This document shows, piece after piece, positions 47,653 through 61,100 of a stretch of DNA of 64,000 bases. The stretch comes from the human T2T-CHM13v2.0 reference genome, Homo sapiens. Where the stretch lies: contig CP068257.2 of NCBI GenBank assembly GCA_009914755.4, positions 64,001-128,000 on the forward strand, written 5' to 3'. Position 1 is the first letter of the stretch, and each line of letters opens with the position of its first letter. The notes below the pieces were generated by a model. The model did no database searches. It had not been told where the DNA came from and saw nothing but the letters and a program-made list of their open reading frames with translations. Position numbers and translations under genes: made by a program.

Positions 47653-50290
47653 CAATTTTAATTCGCAATCCATTTTAGAAGGTTTTATCACCCCCGACCA
47701 GAGAAACACCCTGTGGACAATAGTCACTCCTCATTCTGTCTCAAACCCTCTCCCTGACCCTCAGCCCTAGGTAACAACTGCATAGAGCGATCAACCCCAT
47801 ATGCATAGATTTCCATATTGTGGACAGTTCCTATAAACGGAATTGCACAATACGTGAGCTTTTGTGACTGACATAACACTTTTAGCACAATATTTTCAAG
47901 ATTCATCCACATTGCAGCCTTACCCACAGGGGGAAACCGCATTTTGTGGTTTCAGTAACACCGGGTGTTTTCTCCTTCCTTCCGTCTTTCCTTCCTTCCT
48001 TCCTTCCTTCCTTCCTTCCTTCCTTCCTTCCTCCCTTCCTCCCTTCCTTCCTCCCTTCCTCCCATTTCTCTCTTATTCCTTCTGCCCTCTCTCTTTCATA
48101 TGCCTTAGGTGCATCCTACGTCCTGCGTCTTTTTGGGGAATCCTCGACAGGTGCTGGAAAATTGTGTTATTGTAATTATTTACCGGTATCTCTCTTTCAT
48201 GGTTCTCCATCAGTTGTAAGCATCTATTGGTTTATCCCAGGTCACTAAGTATATTTTAATTAGCTACACCTGTTTTTCTTTATACACCTGTTTCTGGAGT
48301 ATAGGGTCGCATACTCATAAACCCAGTGTAACTCAGAAACGCATCTAATATTCCAATAGACCCATCATAACGTTGAAAAATCATAAATCAAACCAACTTA
48401 AGTCACGATTTGGCGCTGGATATGGGCTCCATCAATTCCATTGTATTCAATAATGCTGTACACCATTAACAATGGCAGACTGATTGGGCGTGGATGTGGA
48501 TAACATTATAAAAATCAGTTATTAGAGGGATACTTTAACCTGACGGAAGAGCTGATCTAATGGTATTAGTACAGTGATGATTATGTGAGATGTTTTGAGA
48601 CAGAGTAGTACATTTGTGTATGAGATTCTGTGGCTTTTTTCACTTAGTAGGAACCTTTGTGTGTGGAAAACTGAGAAAATTGCTTTGTGCTGTAGAGTCT
48701 GGCATTCGTTGTAGATTAAAGCTTATTTTTCTGGATGTAAATCTTATTCAATAAAATACTACTCTTTATAATAAAAAACAAAGACACTGGTGATGTGAAG
48801 TCATTATCCTCAGCAAACTAATCCAGGAACAGAAAACCAAACGCCACATTCTCACTTATAATGGGAGCTGAAAAATGGGATCACGTGGACACAGGAAGGG
48901 GAACAACACACACTGGGGCCTTTCGGGAGGCAGAGCGTTAAGAAAAACAGCTACCGCATGCTGGGCTTAATACCTAGGTGATGGGTTGACAGGTGCAGCA
49001 AACCACCGTGGCACACGTTTACCTTAGTAACAAATCTGCACAGCCTGCCCATATATTCCAGAACTTAGAAACGAAACGAAAGCAAAGAAAACGAGAAAGC
49101 GATAGCAAAACGCTAACGGCGAAACAGAGTTTCAAACTCAGAAAGTGAGAGACCAATGTTTGGTTCAAATCATGGTTCTCAACCCAGGTGCCATAAGGTC
49201 AGGATAAAGAATTTGATGACGTATTGTAAATAAGACATGCAGCGGAGGACCAGAAAAATCGTTCTCAACATACGTGTGGCTTCGAGTTCAACGGTGACGC
49301 TATCTACAGTGACATAGCATTAGATTCCAAAGGGCCGAGTCCCGCAAGACTGGCCTCCCACACTAATAATAATGGGAAGCGCTACGTTGCTTTCCCTGTG
49401 CTTCTCAGCAACTGGCTATAAATCAGGTTTCCACCACTCCCAGTTTTAGTTGCATTCATTTGCTGGAAGAGCTCACAGCACGCAGGGAAACACTGACATT
49501 TCCCATTTTTTGTATTTTAGCAGATATTGCAAAAACTTCAGAAAAAACTTTTGGGCCCGGCATGTGGGGAGGGGCTCACTGCCTTCCAGGAAGTGTTATC
49601 CAGAAGCTCTCTAAACCCAGTCCTTTTGGGTTTTTATGGAGACCTCATTCTATAGGCATGATGGGTTAAACCATAGGCTATTGGTGATCAACTCAACCTG
49701 GGGCTCTCAACCCTCCCTGGAAATTGGGGTTGAGGCTTTGCCATTCTCAGTCTGAGTAAAAGAATTTACGCAAACGGAATTTTAAAACAGATTAGCATAT
49801 CTGGAAACTTAACTAGATGACGGAATTATCTGGAGCCACACCTTGATATTCCTAACCCGAGCACCCTCATCCAAAGAATGCTCCACCCAACTGGCTCCCA
49901 AGTCTCTACGGGGTTCCAGAGCAAAAGAATGTTTATACAGCGCATATCTCCACCTTTTCTTCAAAGTCTTTTCGCTTACACGGAAAGACTTCTTCAACTG
50001 CCATGCATCAGGGTCAGGGGGAGGTCTTGTTACAACACAGATCTGCGGATCTCCGGGGCTTGATTGTGGCAAGGATGCTGCTGGTGTCAAAACCACAACG
50101 TGGGAACCACAGAACCACTAGTTGGTTTTCAGTGTTTCAGTGCATACAATTCCTAATATATCTGGCCAAGAAAACTTGTAAGTTCTTAGATTGTCCCAAA
50201 GGTGGCGCATGAAATCAAATCAGGAGAACAGTTTCCTACGAGGTGTAGCCTGGGAACCTTGGGGGTGACTGATGGAAAGGAGGAGTGAAG

Positions 50291-50364
50291 CTCCGCCCTT
50301 TCCGCTGCGAGGCTGCGCCCGAGGCTATTTAAACCCACCCTGGCTGGCCTGTACTCAGATCTTC
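50291..50364 (+). promoter_or_regulatory. Core promoter of the unit 8 gene
   Basis: tatttaaa at 50326-50333. Confidence 0.65.
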
Positions 50365-50676
50365 GCAGAGCGGAGCAGCGGCCGGAGCGTTTGGCGGACT
50401 CTGCGTGGACTTGGAGCTCACAGCGTCTTGCGACTTGGAAGCGGATTCAGAGGACAGGACAGAACACTTGGGCAAGTGAATCTCTGTCTGTCTGTCTGTC
50501 TCATTGGTTGGTTTATTTCCATTTTCTTAAGGAGCACATACCTCACACCACACACACACAAACACACACACACACACGCACGCACTCACGCACACACACA
50601 CGCACACACACACACTAATTCATTCTGCGGGTTAGGAAATTAGTAGGGGTCTCTGGGAGCTGCAGGTTTCCTAATC

Positions 50677-53600
50677 ATGTCTGCACCTAAGAACACTAGG
50701 GTCTTGTCTGGCTCTTCTTATGAACGGTCCCCCAGCCCGGACTCCCCAAGATCCATGCTAGCCTCACCCAGCTTCTCCCTCTCCCCTCTCAGAAACTCAG
50801 ACTTAAGAGGAAGCTCCTCACCAGGGATCCGGAGCTACCATTCACCATCCCCTAGGGCTTCACCACACTCACCTCTGTCATCACCAGTATCCCACAATCT
50901 CCCATTTCCCTGTCCTATCCGTGATGGACAATCCATGAAGCCATTGGGCTCTCCCGTGTCCTCCTCTGAGGATTCTACAGAGTCACCACGTTCATCAGTA
51001 ATATACCACATGTTCCTACTGCCATCACCCAGCAGCTCACCCCCAGCTCTCTGGGAGTCTCCTGGGTCTCCCAGCTACTCTCCAAACAACCCCAGATTTC
51101 AGCTGGAGTCAGCCCCCCACACCCAGGAATCACCTGCAAACTCACGAGCCTCACGGTGCTCCTCCCCTATGTCTTTCATCTCTTCACCCCCAGGCCTCAG
51201 GGACTCTCCTGTGGCTCCCAGTTACTCTCAAGCCATCCCCATGTTCCTGCGGGAGTCAGCCCCATGCACTCAGGAGTCCCCCAGAGACTCACAGGTCTCG
51301 GGAGAATATGAGCGCTCCCCCAGCCCTGACTCCTCAAGATTCATGCCTGCCTCACCCAGCATCTACCTCTCCCCTCCCAGGAACTCAGACCCAAGGGGCA
51401 GCTCCTCACAAGGGATGTGGAAGTACTCTACATCATCCCGCAGGGCTTCACCACTCTCACATCCGTCATCGGCAGAATTCCACAACTTTACATTTCCCTT
51501 TCCTAACCAAGCAGGACAATCACTCATGTCATTGTGTTCTCCCGTGTCCTCCTCTGGAGATTCCTCACAGTCACCCCATTCATCAATAATATACCATATG
51601 TTCTTACTGCCATCATCCAGCAGCTCACCCCCAGCCACCAATGACTCTCCTGTCTGTCCCAGCTACTCTCCAACTACGCCCAGATTTCAGCGGGCGTCGG
51701 TATCCAACACCCCAGAAACACCTACAAACTCACAGACCTCAGTGAGATCCTCGCCAGTCTCTCTCACGTCTTCACCCCCAGGCCTTACGGACCCTCCAGT
51801 CTCTCCCAGCTACTATCCAACCACGCGCACATTTCAGCGCGGGTCAGATCCAGGAACCCAGGGAGCACCACCAAGCCCACCACTTTCACTGTGTTACTCC
51901 CCAGTCTCAAGCACGTCTTTATCTCCAACCCTCAGGGACTCTCCTGTCTGTCCCAGCTATTCTCCAACCACGCCCACGTTTCAGCGGGAGTCCGTTGCAG
52001 GCAACCAGCAATCACCAGCAAACTCACCAATTACACTGCGTTACTCCCCAGTCTCTCTCATGTCTTCACCAGCCCTGAGGGACTCTCCCGTCTGTCCCAG
52101 CTACTCTGCAACCACACCCACATTTCAGCTGGAGTCCGTTCGAGGCTCCCCGGAGTCACCACCAATCTCACCAATTACACTCAATTACTCTCCAGTCTCT
52201 CTCATGTCTTCACCAGCCCTCAGGGACTCTCCCGTCTGTCCCAGCTACTCTCCAACCACCCCCAGATTTCAGCTGCAAGCAGTTCCTTGCTCCCCGGAAT
52301 CAACACCAAACTCACCAATTTCACTCAATTACTCTCCAGTCTCTCTCATGTCTTCACCAGCCCTCAGGGACTCTCCCATCTGTCCCAGCTACTCTCCAAC
52401 CACGCCCAGATTTCAGCTGGAAGCAGTTCCTTGCACCCAGGAATCACCGCCAAACTCACCAATTTCACTCAATTACTCCCCAGTCTCTCTCATGTCTTCA
52501 CCATCCCTCAGGGACTCTCCCGTCTGTCTCAGCTACTCTCCAACCACGCCCACATTTCAGCTGGAGTACCTTCGAGGCACCCCGGAGTCACCACCAAACT
52601 CACCAATTTCACTCAATTACTCTCCAGTCTCTCTCATGTCTTCACCAGCCCTCAGGGACTCTCCCGACTGTCCCAGCTACTCTCCAACAACGTCCAGATT
52701 TCAGCTGGAAGCAGTTCCTTGCTCCCCAGAATCAACACCAAACTCACCAATTTCACTCAATTACTCTCCAGTCTCTCTCATGTCTTCACCAGCCATCAGG
52801 GACTCTCCCGTCTGTCCCAGCTACTCTCCAACCACGCCCACATGTCAGCTGGAGTCCGTTCGAGACACCCCGGAGTCACCACCAAACTCACCAATTTCAC
52901 TCAATTACACTCCAGTGTCTCTCATGTCTTCACCAGCCATCAGGGACTCTCCCGTCTGTCCCAGCTACTCTCCAAAGACGCCCACATTTCAGCTGGAGTC
53001 TGTTCCAGGCACACTGGAGTCACCACCAAACTCACCAATTTCACTCAATTACTCTCCAGTCTCTCTCATGTCTTCACCAGCCCTCAGGGACCCTCCTGTC
53101 TGTCCCAGCTACTCTCCAACCACCCCCAGATTTCAGCTGGCGTCAGTTCCAGGCACCCCGGAGTCACCACCAAACTCACCAGTTTCACTGAGTTACTCCC
53201 CGGTCTCTCTCATGTCTTCACCGCCAGCCCTCAGGGACTCTCCTGTGTGTCCCAGCTACTCTCCAACCACGCCCACATTTCAGCTGGAGTCAGTTCCAGG
53301 CACCCCGGAGTCACCACCAAACTCACCAATTTCACTCAATTACTCTCCAGTCTCTCTCATGTCTTCACCAGCCCTCAGGGACTCTCCTGTCTGTCCCAGC
53401 TACTCTCCAACCACGCCCAGATTTCAGCTGGAAGCAGTTCCTTGCACCCCAGAATCACCTCCAAACTCACCAATTTCACTCAATTACTCTCTAGTCTCTC
53501 TCATGTCTTCACCAGTCCTCAGGGACCCTCCTGTCTGTCCCAGCTACTCTCCAACCACACCCAGATTTCAGTTGGAGTCAGTTCCAGGCACCGCGGAGTC

Positions 53601-54810
53601 ACCACCAAACTCACCAGTTTCACTGAGTTACTCCCCGTTCTCTCTCATGTCTTCACCGCCAGCCCTCAGGGACTCTCCTGTTTGTCCCCGCTACTCTCCA
53701 ACCACGCCCACATTCCAGCTGGAGTCACTTGCAGGCACCCAGGAATTACCTACAAACTCAGCAGTTTCACTGAGTTACTCCCCAGTCTCTCTCATGTCTT
53801 CACCCCCAGCCCCCTGGGACTCTCCTGTCTGTCCCAGCTCCTCTCCCACCACGCCCAGATTTCAGAGGGAGTCAGCCTCCCACACTCCGGAATCACCTAC
53901 AGACTCACAGACTTCACGGAGGTCCTCCCTGGTCTCTCTCAGGTCTTTGCCCTCAGCCCACAGGGACTCTTGTGTCTCTTTCAGCTACTCTCGAAACTTC
54001 TCTAGATTCCAGCTGGACTCAGTTCCAGGCACCCACGACACACCACCAAACTCACGAATTTCACTGACTTACTCCCCAGTCTCTCTCATGTTCTCACCCC
54101 CAGCCCTCAGGGACTCTTCTGTCTCTCTCAGCTACTCTCCAGCCATCTCCACATCACACCTGGGGTCAGCTTCCCACACCCAGGAATCACCTACAAACTC
54201 ACGGACCTTACTGCAACCCTCCCCCATTTCTTTCACCTCTTCACCCCCTGCTTTCAGGGACTCTCCTGTGTCTCCCAGCTTCTCTCCAGCCTTCCCCAGA
54301 TTTCTGCCACAGTCAGCCCCAGGCACCCAGGGTTACCCTGGACACTCACAGGCCTCACGAGACTATTTCCCAATGACTTGTATCTATAGAGGGATGGCTC
54401 CCATACTTCCCTCAGTGACCTCAAACCCATCTCCACTTACACTCAGACACTCCCAGGGCCTGACAGCTACTCCCCGTTATTGTCCTTCAGCTCGAAGCCC
54501 TGGCCCATCTACTAGCCAACATGATGCAGCTACCTGGCCATGTCTCCACATTTCTGGGGAGGGCCCCACACCCAGCCGCAGAAGAGCCCCTCCTGCATTC
54601 CGTCCTCACACACAGGCCTGTCCATCCACTTGCTACTGTCACCCTCTTGCCAGCAGAAGAGGCCCCTGTAATGGCCGATATCACCGCCCAGTCTATCCTC
54701 ACCCCACAGCTGTGCAGCGGGACCCTCCTGCTGGCCCACGTGGCTGCCACAGCCCATGCTGGCACGACGCTCCAGCATGTCGGCGTCCCTGCGGGCCACG
54801 CTACCGCTGA
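50677..54810 (+). CDS. 1377-aa Ser/Pro-rich repeat protein, type B
   Basis: Differs from the 43241 copy at only a few residues (I/T, G/C-like changes). Confidence 0.55.
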   Translation: MSAPKNTRVLSGSSYERSPSPDSPRSMLASPSFSLSPLRNSDLRGSSSPGIRSYHSPSPRASPHSPLSSPVSHNLPFPCPIRDGQSMKPLGSPVSSSEDSTESPRSSVIYHMFLLPSPSSSPPALWESPGSPSYSPNNPRFQLESAPHTQESPANSRASRCSSPMSFISSPPGLRDSPVAPSYSQAIPMFLRESAPCTQESPRDSQVSGEYERSPSPDSSRFMPASPSIYLSPPRNSDPRGSSSQGMWKYSTSSRRASPLSHPSSAEFHNFTFPFPNQAGQSLMSLCSPVSSSGDSSQSPHSSIIYHMFLLPSSSSSPPATNDSPVCPSYSPTTPRFQRASVSNTPETPTNSQTSVRSSPVSLTSSPPGLTDPPVSPSYYPTTRTFQRGSDPGTQGAPPSPPLSLCYSPVSSTSLSPTLRDSPVCPSYSPTTPTFQRESVAGNQQSPANSPITLRYSPVSLMSSPALRDSPVCPSYSATTPTFQLESVRGSPESPPISPITLNYSPVSLMSSPALRDSPVCPSYSPTTPRFQLQAVPCSPESTPNSPISLNYSPVSLMSSPALRDSPICPSYSPTTPRFQLEAVPCTQESPPNSPISLNYSPVSLMSSPSLRDSPVCLSYSPTTPTFQLEYLRGTPESPPNSPISLNYSPVSLMSSPALRDSPDCPSYSPTTSRFQLEAVPCSPESTPNSPISLNYSPVSLMSSPAIRDSPVCPSYSPTTPTCQLESVRDTPESPPNSPISLNYTPVSLMSSPAIRDSPVCPSYSPKTPTFQLESVPGTLESPPNSPISLNYSPVSLMSSPALRDPPVCPSYSPTTPRFQLASVPGTPESPPNSPVSLSYSPVSLMSSPPALRDSPVCPSYSPTTPTFQLESVPGTPESPPNSPISLNYSPVSLMSSPALRDSPVCPSYSPTTPRFQLEAVPCTPESPPNSPISLNYSLVSLMSSPVLRDPPVCPSYSPTTPRFQLESVPGTAESPPNSPVSLSYSPFSLMSSPPALRDSPVCPRYSPTTPTFQLESLAGTQELPTNSAVSLSYSPVSLMSSPPAPWDSPVCPSSSPTTPRFQRESASHTPESPTDSQTSRRSSLVSLRSLPSAHRDSCVSFSYSRNFSRFQLDSVPGTHDTPPNSRISLTYSPVSLMFSPPALRDSSVSLSYSPAISTSHLGSASHTQESPTNSRTLLQPSPISFTSSPPAFRDSPVSPSFSPAFPRFLPQSAPGTQGYPGHSQASRDYFPMTCIYRGMAPILPSVTSNPSPLTLRHSQGLTATPRYCPSARSPGPSTSQHDAATWPCLHISGEGPTPSRRRAPPAFRPHTQACPSTCYCHPLASRRGPCNGRYHRPVYPHPTAVQRDPPAGPRGCHSPCWHDAPACRRPCGPRYR

Positions 54811-55036
54811 CATGGCTAGCATCACCCTCCTTCCTGGCAGTGACACTGCTGATTTGAACCCCAGTTTCACAGCTGTCATTTGTAAATAGGACCATTTTCC
54901 CTTTTCTCTCTCCCTTCCATTCACAGGGCTTCTCATTCCCTCTGTTTCTGCCTCCGTTTCAGAGATTTACTCACCTTTTTCTCTCTCACTATGTCTGCCG
55001 TGGTCTCCATAAGAGTGTGCCACATAAAATTGCCCC

Positions 55037-55088
55037 ATTAAAAGTCATGAATTGAGTGGATTTTAGTATACCTGTGGTTGTGCACATT
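55037..55088 (+). terminator. Poly(A) signal ATTAAA plus GT-rich DSE (unit 8 gene)
   Basis: ATTAAA at 55037-55042. Confidence 0.5.
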
Positions 55089-57726
55089 CAATTTTAATTC
55101 GCAATCCATTTTAGAAGGTTTTATCACCCCCGACCAGAGAAACACCCTGTGGACAATAGTCACTCCTCATTCTGTCTCAAACCCTCTCCCTGACCCTCAG
55201 CCCTAGGTAACAACTGCATAGAGCGATCAACCCCATATGCATAGATTTCCATATTGTGGACAGTTCCTATAAACGGAATTGCACAATACGTGAGCTTTTG
55301 TGACTGACATAACACTTTTAGCACAATATTTTCAAGATTCATCCACATTGCAGCCTTACCCACAGGGGGAAACCGCATTTTGTGGTTTCAGTAACACCGG
55401 GTGTTTTCTCCTTCCTTCCGTCTTTCCTTCCTTCCTTCCTTCCTTCCTTCCTTCCTTCCTTCCTTCCTCCCTTCCTCCCTTCCTTCCTCCCTTCCTCCCA
55501 TTTCTCTCTTATTCCTTCTGCCCTCTCTCTTTCATATGCCTTAGGTGCATCCTACGTCCTGCGTCTTTTTGGGGAATCCTCGACAGGTGCTGGAAAATTG
55601 TGTTATTGTAATTATTTACCGGTATCTCTCTTTCATGGTTCTCCATCAGTTGTAAGCATCTATTGGTTTATCCCAGGTCACTAAGTATATTTTAATTAGC
55701 TACACCTGTTTTTCTTTATACACCTGTTTCTGGAGTATAGGGTCGCATACTCATAAACCCAGTGTAACTCAGAAACGCATCTAATATTCCAATAGACCCA
55801 TCATAACGTTGAAAAATCATAAATCAAACCAACTTAAGTCACGATTTGGCGCTGGATATGGGCTCCATCAATTCCATTGTATTCAATAATGCTGTACACC
55901 ATTAACAATGGCAGACTGATTGGGCGTGGATGTGGATAACATTATAAAAATCAGTTATTAGAGGGATACTTTAACCTGACGGAAGAGCTGATCTAATGGT
56001 ATTAGTACAGTGATGATTATGTGAGATGTTTTGAGACAGAGTAGTACATTTGTGTATGAGATTCTGTGGCTTTTTTCACTTAGTAGGAACCTTTGTGTGT
56101 GGAAAACTGAGAAAATTGCTTTGTGCTGTAGAGTCTGGCATTCGTTGTAGATTAAAGCTTATTTTTCTGGATGTAAATCTTATTCAATAAAATACTACTC
56201 TTTATAATAAAAAACAAAGACACTGGTGATGTGAAGTCATTATCCTCAGCAAACTAATCCAGGAACAGAAAACCAAACGCCACATTCTCACTTATAATGG
56301 GAGCTGAAAAATGGGATCACGTGGACACAGGAAGGGGAACAACACACACTGGGGCCTTTCGGGAGGCAGAGCGTTAAGAAAAACAGCTACCGCATGCTGG
56401 GCTTAATACCTAGGTGATGGGTTGACAGGTGCAGCAAACCACCGTGGCACACGTTTACCTTAGTAACAAATCTGCACAGCCTGCCCATATATTCCAGAAC
56501 TTAGAAACGAAACGAAAGCAAAGAAAACGAGAAAGCGATAGCAAAACGCTAACGGCGAAACAGAGTTTCAAACTCAGAAAGTGAGAGACCAATGTTTGGT
56601 TCAAATCATGGTTCTCAACCCAGGTGCCATAAGGTCAGGATAAAGAATTTGATGACGTATTGTAAATAAGACATGCAGCGGAGGACCAGAAAAATCGTTC
56701 TCAACATACGTGTGGCTTCGAGTTCAACGGTGACGCTATCTACAGTGACATAGCATTAGATTCCAAAGGGCCGAGTCCCGCAAGACTGGCCTCCCACACT
56801 AATAATAATGGGAAGCGCTACGTTGCTTTCCCTGTGCTTCTCAGCAACTGGCTATAAATCAGGTTTCCACCACTCCCAGTTTTAGTTGCATTCATTTGCT
56901 GGAAGAGCTCACAGCACGCAGGGAAACACTGACATTTCCCATTTTTTGTATTTTAGCAGATATTGCAAAAACTTCAGAAAAAACTTTTGGGCCCGGCATG
57001 TGGGGAGGGGCTCACTGCCTTCCAGGAAGTGTTATCCAGAAGCTCTCTAAACCCAGTCCTTTTGGGTTTTTATGGAGACCTCATTCTATAGGCATGATGG
57101 GTTAAACCATAGGCTATTGGTGATCAACTCAACCTGGGGCTCTCAACCCTCCCTGGAAATTGGGGTTGAGGCTTTGCCATTCTCAGTCTGAGTAAAAGAA
57201 TTTACGCAAACGGAATTTTAAAACAGATTAGCATATCTGGAAACTTAACTAGATGACGGAATTATCTGGAGCCACACCTTGATATTCCTAACCCGAGCAC
57301 CCTCATCCAAAGAATGCTCCACCCAACTGGCTCCCAAGTCTCTACGGGGTTCCAGAGCAAAAGAATGTTTATACAGCGCATATCTCCACCTTTTCTTCAA
57401 AGTCTTTTCGCTTACACGGAAAGACTTCTTCAACTGCCATGCATCAGGGTCAGGGGGAGGTCTTGTTACAACACAGATCTGCGGATCTCCGGGGCTTGAT
57501 TGTGGCAAGGATGCTGCTGGTGTCAAAACCACAACGTGGGAACCACAGAACCACTAGTTGGTTTTCAGTGTTTCAGTGCATACAATTCCTGATATATCTG
57601 GCCAAGAAAACTTGTAAGTTCTTAGATTGTCCCAAAGGTGGCGCATGAAATCAAATCAGGAGAACAGTTTCCTACGAGGTGTAGCCTGGGAACCTTGGGG
57701 GTGACTGATGGAAAGGAGGAGTGAAG

Positions 57727-57800
57727 CTCCGCCCTTTCCGCTGCGAGGCTGAGCCCGAGGCTATTTAAACCCACCCTGGCTGGCCTGTACTCAGATCTTC
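57727..57800 (+). promoter_or_regulatory. Core promoter of the unit 9 gene (second GC element mutated, gcgccc->gagccc)
   Basis: tatttaaa at 57762-57769. Confidence 0.6.
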
Positions 57801-58112
57801 GCAGAGCGGAGCAGCGGCCGGAGCGTTTGGCGGACTCTGCGTGGACTTGGAGCTCACAGCGTCTTGCGACTTGGAAGCGGATTCAGAGGACAGGACAGAA
57901 CACTTGGGCAAGTGAATCTCTGTCTGTCTGTCTGTCTCATTGGTTGGTTTATTTCCATTTTCTTAAGGAGCACATACCTCACACCACACACACACAAACA
58001 CACACACACACACGCACGCACGCACGCACACACACACACACACACACACACTAATTCATTCTGCGGGTTAGGAAATTAGTAGGGGTCTCTGGGAGCTGCA
58101 GGTTTCCTAATC

Positions 58113-61100
58113 ATGTCTGCACCTAAGAACACTAGGGTCTTGTCTGGCTCTTCTTATGAACGGTCCCCCAGCCCGGACTCCCCAAGATCCATGCTAGCCT
58201 CACCCAGCTTCTCCCTCTCCCCTCTCAGAAACTCAGACTTAAGAGGAAGCTCCTCACCAGGGATCCGGAGCTACCATTCACCATCCCCTAGGGCTTCACC
58301 ACACTCACCTCTGTCATCACCAGTATCCCACAATCTCCCATTTCCCTGTCCTATCCGTGATGGACAATCCATGAAGCCATTGGGCTCTCCCGTGTCCTCC
58401 TCTGAGGATTCTACAGAGTCACCACGTTCATCAGTAATATACCACATGTTCCTACTGCCATCACCCAGCAGCTCACCCCCAGCTCTCTGGGAGTCTCCTG
58501 GGTCTCCCAGCTACTCTCCAAACAACCCCAGATTTCAGCTGGAGTCAGCCCCCCACACCCAGGAATCACCTGCAAACTCACGAGCCTCACGGTGCTCCTC
58601 CCCTATGTCTTTCATCTCTTCACCCCCAGGCCTCAGGGACTCTCCTGTGGCTCCCAGTTACTCTCAAGCCATCCCCATGTTCCTGCGGGAGTCAGCCCCA
58701 TGCACTCAGGAGTCCCCCAGAGACTCACAGGTCTCGGGAGAATATGAGCGCTCCCCCAGCCCTGACTCCTCAAGATTCATGCCTGCCTCACCCAGCATCT
58801 ACCTCTCCCCTCCCAGGAACTCAGACCCAAGGGGCAGCTCCTCACAAGGGATGTGGAAGTACTCTACATCATCCCGCAGGGCTTCACCACTCTCACATCC
58901 GTCATCGGCAGAATTCCACAACTTTACATTTCCCTTTCCTAACCAAGCAGGACAATCACTCATGTCATTGTGTTCTCCCGTGTCCTCCTCTGGAGATTCC
59001 TCACAGTCACCCCATTCATCAATAATATACCATATGTTCTTACTGCCATCATCCAGCAGCTCACCCCCAGCCACCAATGACTCTCCTGTCTGTCCCAGCT
59101 ACTCTCCAACTACGCCCAGATTTCAGCGGGCGTCGGTATCCAACACCCCAGAAACACCTACAAACTCACAGACCTCAGTGAGATCCTCGCCAGTCTCTCT
59201 CACGTCTTCACCCCCAGGCCTTACGGACCCTCCAGTCTCTCCCAGCTACTATCCAACCACGCGCACATTTCAGCGCGGGTCAGATCCAGGAACCCAGGGA
59301 TCACCACCAAGCCCACCACTTTCACTGTGTTACTCCCCAGTCTCAAGCACGTCTTTATCTCCAACCCTCAGGGACTCTCCTGTCTGTCCCAGCTATTCTC
59401 CAACCACGCCCACGTTTCAGCGGGAGTCCGTTGCAGGCACCCAGCAATCACCAGCAAACTCACCAATTTCACTGCGTTACTCCCCAGTCTCTCTCATGTC
59501 TTCACCAGCCCTGAGGGACTCTCCCGTCTGTCCCAGCTACTCTGCAACCACACCCACATTTCAGCTGGAGTCCGTTCGAGGCTCCCCGGAGTCACCACCA
59601 ATCTCACCAATTACACTCAATTACTCTCCAGTCTCTCTCATGTCTTCACCAGCCCTCAGGGACTCTCCCGTCTGTCCCAGCTACTCTCCAACAACCCCCA
59701 GATTTCAGCTGCAAGCAGTTCCTTGCTCCCCGGAATCAACACCAAACTCACCAATTTCACTCAATTACTCTCCAGTCTCTCTCATGTCTTCACCAGCCCT
59801 CAGGGACTCTCCCATCTGTCCCAGCTACTCTCCAACCACGCCCAGATTTCAGCTGGAAGCAGTTCCTTGCACCCAGGAATCACCGCCAAACTCACCAATT
59901 TCACTCAATTACTCCCCAGTCTCTCTCATGTCTTCACCATCCCTCAGGGACTCTCCCGTCTGTCTCAGCTACTCTCCAACCACGCCCACATTTCAGCTGG
60001 AGTACCTTCGAGGCACCCCGGAGTCACCACCAAACTCACCAATTTCACTCAATTACTCTCCAGTCTCTCTCATGTCTTCACCAGCCCTCAGGGACTCTCC
60101 CGACTGTCCCAGCTACTCTCCAACAACGTCCAGATTTCAGCTGGAAGCAGTTCCTTGCTCCCCAGAATCAACACCAAACTCACCAATTTCACTCAATTAC
60201 TCTCCAGTCTCTCTCATGTCTTCACCAGCCATCAGGGACTCTCCCGTCTGTCCCAGCTACTCTCCAACCACGCCCACATGTCAGCTGGAGTCCGTTCGAG
60301 ACACCCCGGAGTCACCACCAAACTCACCAATTTCACTCAATTACACTCCAGTCTCTCTCATGTCTTCACCAGCCATCAGGGACTCTCCCGTCTGTCCCAG
60401 CTACTCTCCAAAGACGCCCACATTTCAGCTGGAGTCTGTTCCAGGCACACTGGAGTCACCACCAAACTCACCAATTTCACTCAATTACTCTCCAGTCTCT
60501 CTCATGTCTTCACCAGCCCTCAGGGACCCTCCTGTCTGTCCCAGCTACTCTCCAACCACCCCCAGATTTCAGCTGGCGTCAGTTCCAGGCACCCCGGAGT
60601 CACCACCAAACTCACCAGTTTCACTGAGTTACTCCCCGGTCTCTCTCATGTCTTCACCGCCAGCCCTCAGGGACTCTCCTGTGTGTCCCAGCTACTCTCC
60701 AACCACGCCCACATTTCAGCTGGAGTCAGTTCCAGGCACCCCGGAGTCACCACCAAACTCACCAATTTCACTCAATTACTCTCCAGTCTCTCTCATGTCT
60801 TCACCAGCCCTCAGGGACTCTCCTGTCTGTCCCAGCTACTCTCCAACCACGCCCAGATTTCAGCTGGAAGCAGTTCCTTGCACCCCAGAATCACCTCCAA
60901 ACTCACCAATTTCACTCAATTACTCTCTAGTCTCTCTCATGTCTTCACCAGTCCTCAGGGACCCTCCTGTCTGTCCCAGCTACTCTCCAGCCACACCCAG
61001 ATTTCAGTTGGAGTCAGTTCCAGGCACCGCGGAGTCACCACCAAACTCACCAGTTTCACTGAGTTACTCCCCGTTCTCTCTCATGTCTTCACCGCCAGCC

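Larger units (their letters stand above)
40252..47687 (+). repeat. Array unit 7 (type B)
   Basis: 7436-bp unit. Confidence 0.9.
47688..55123 (+). repeat. Array unit 8 (type B)
   Basis: 7436-bp unit. Confidence 0.9.
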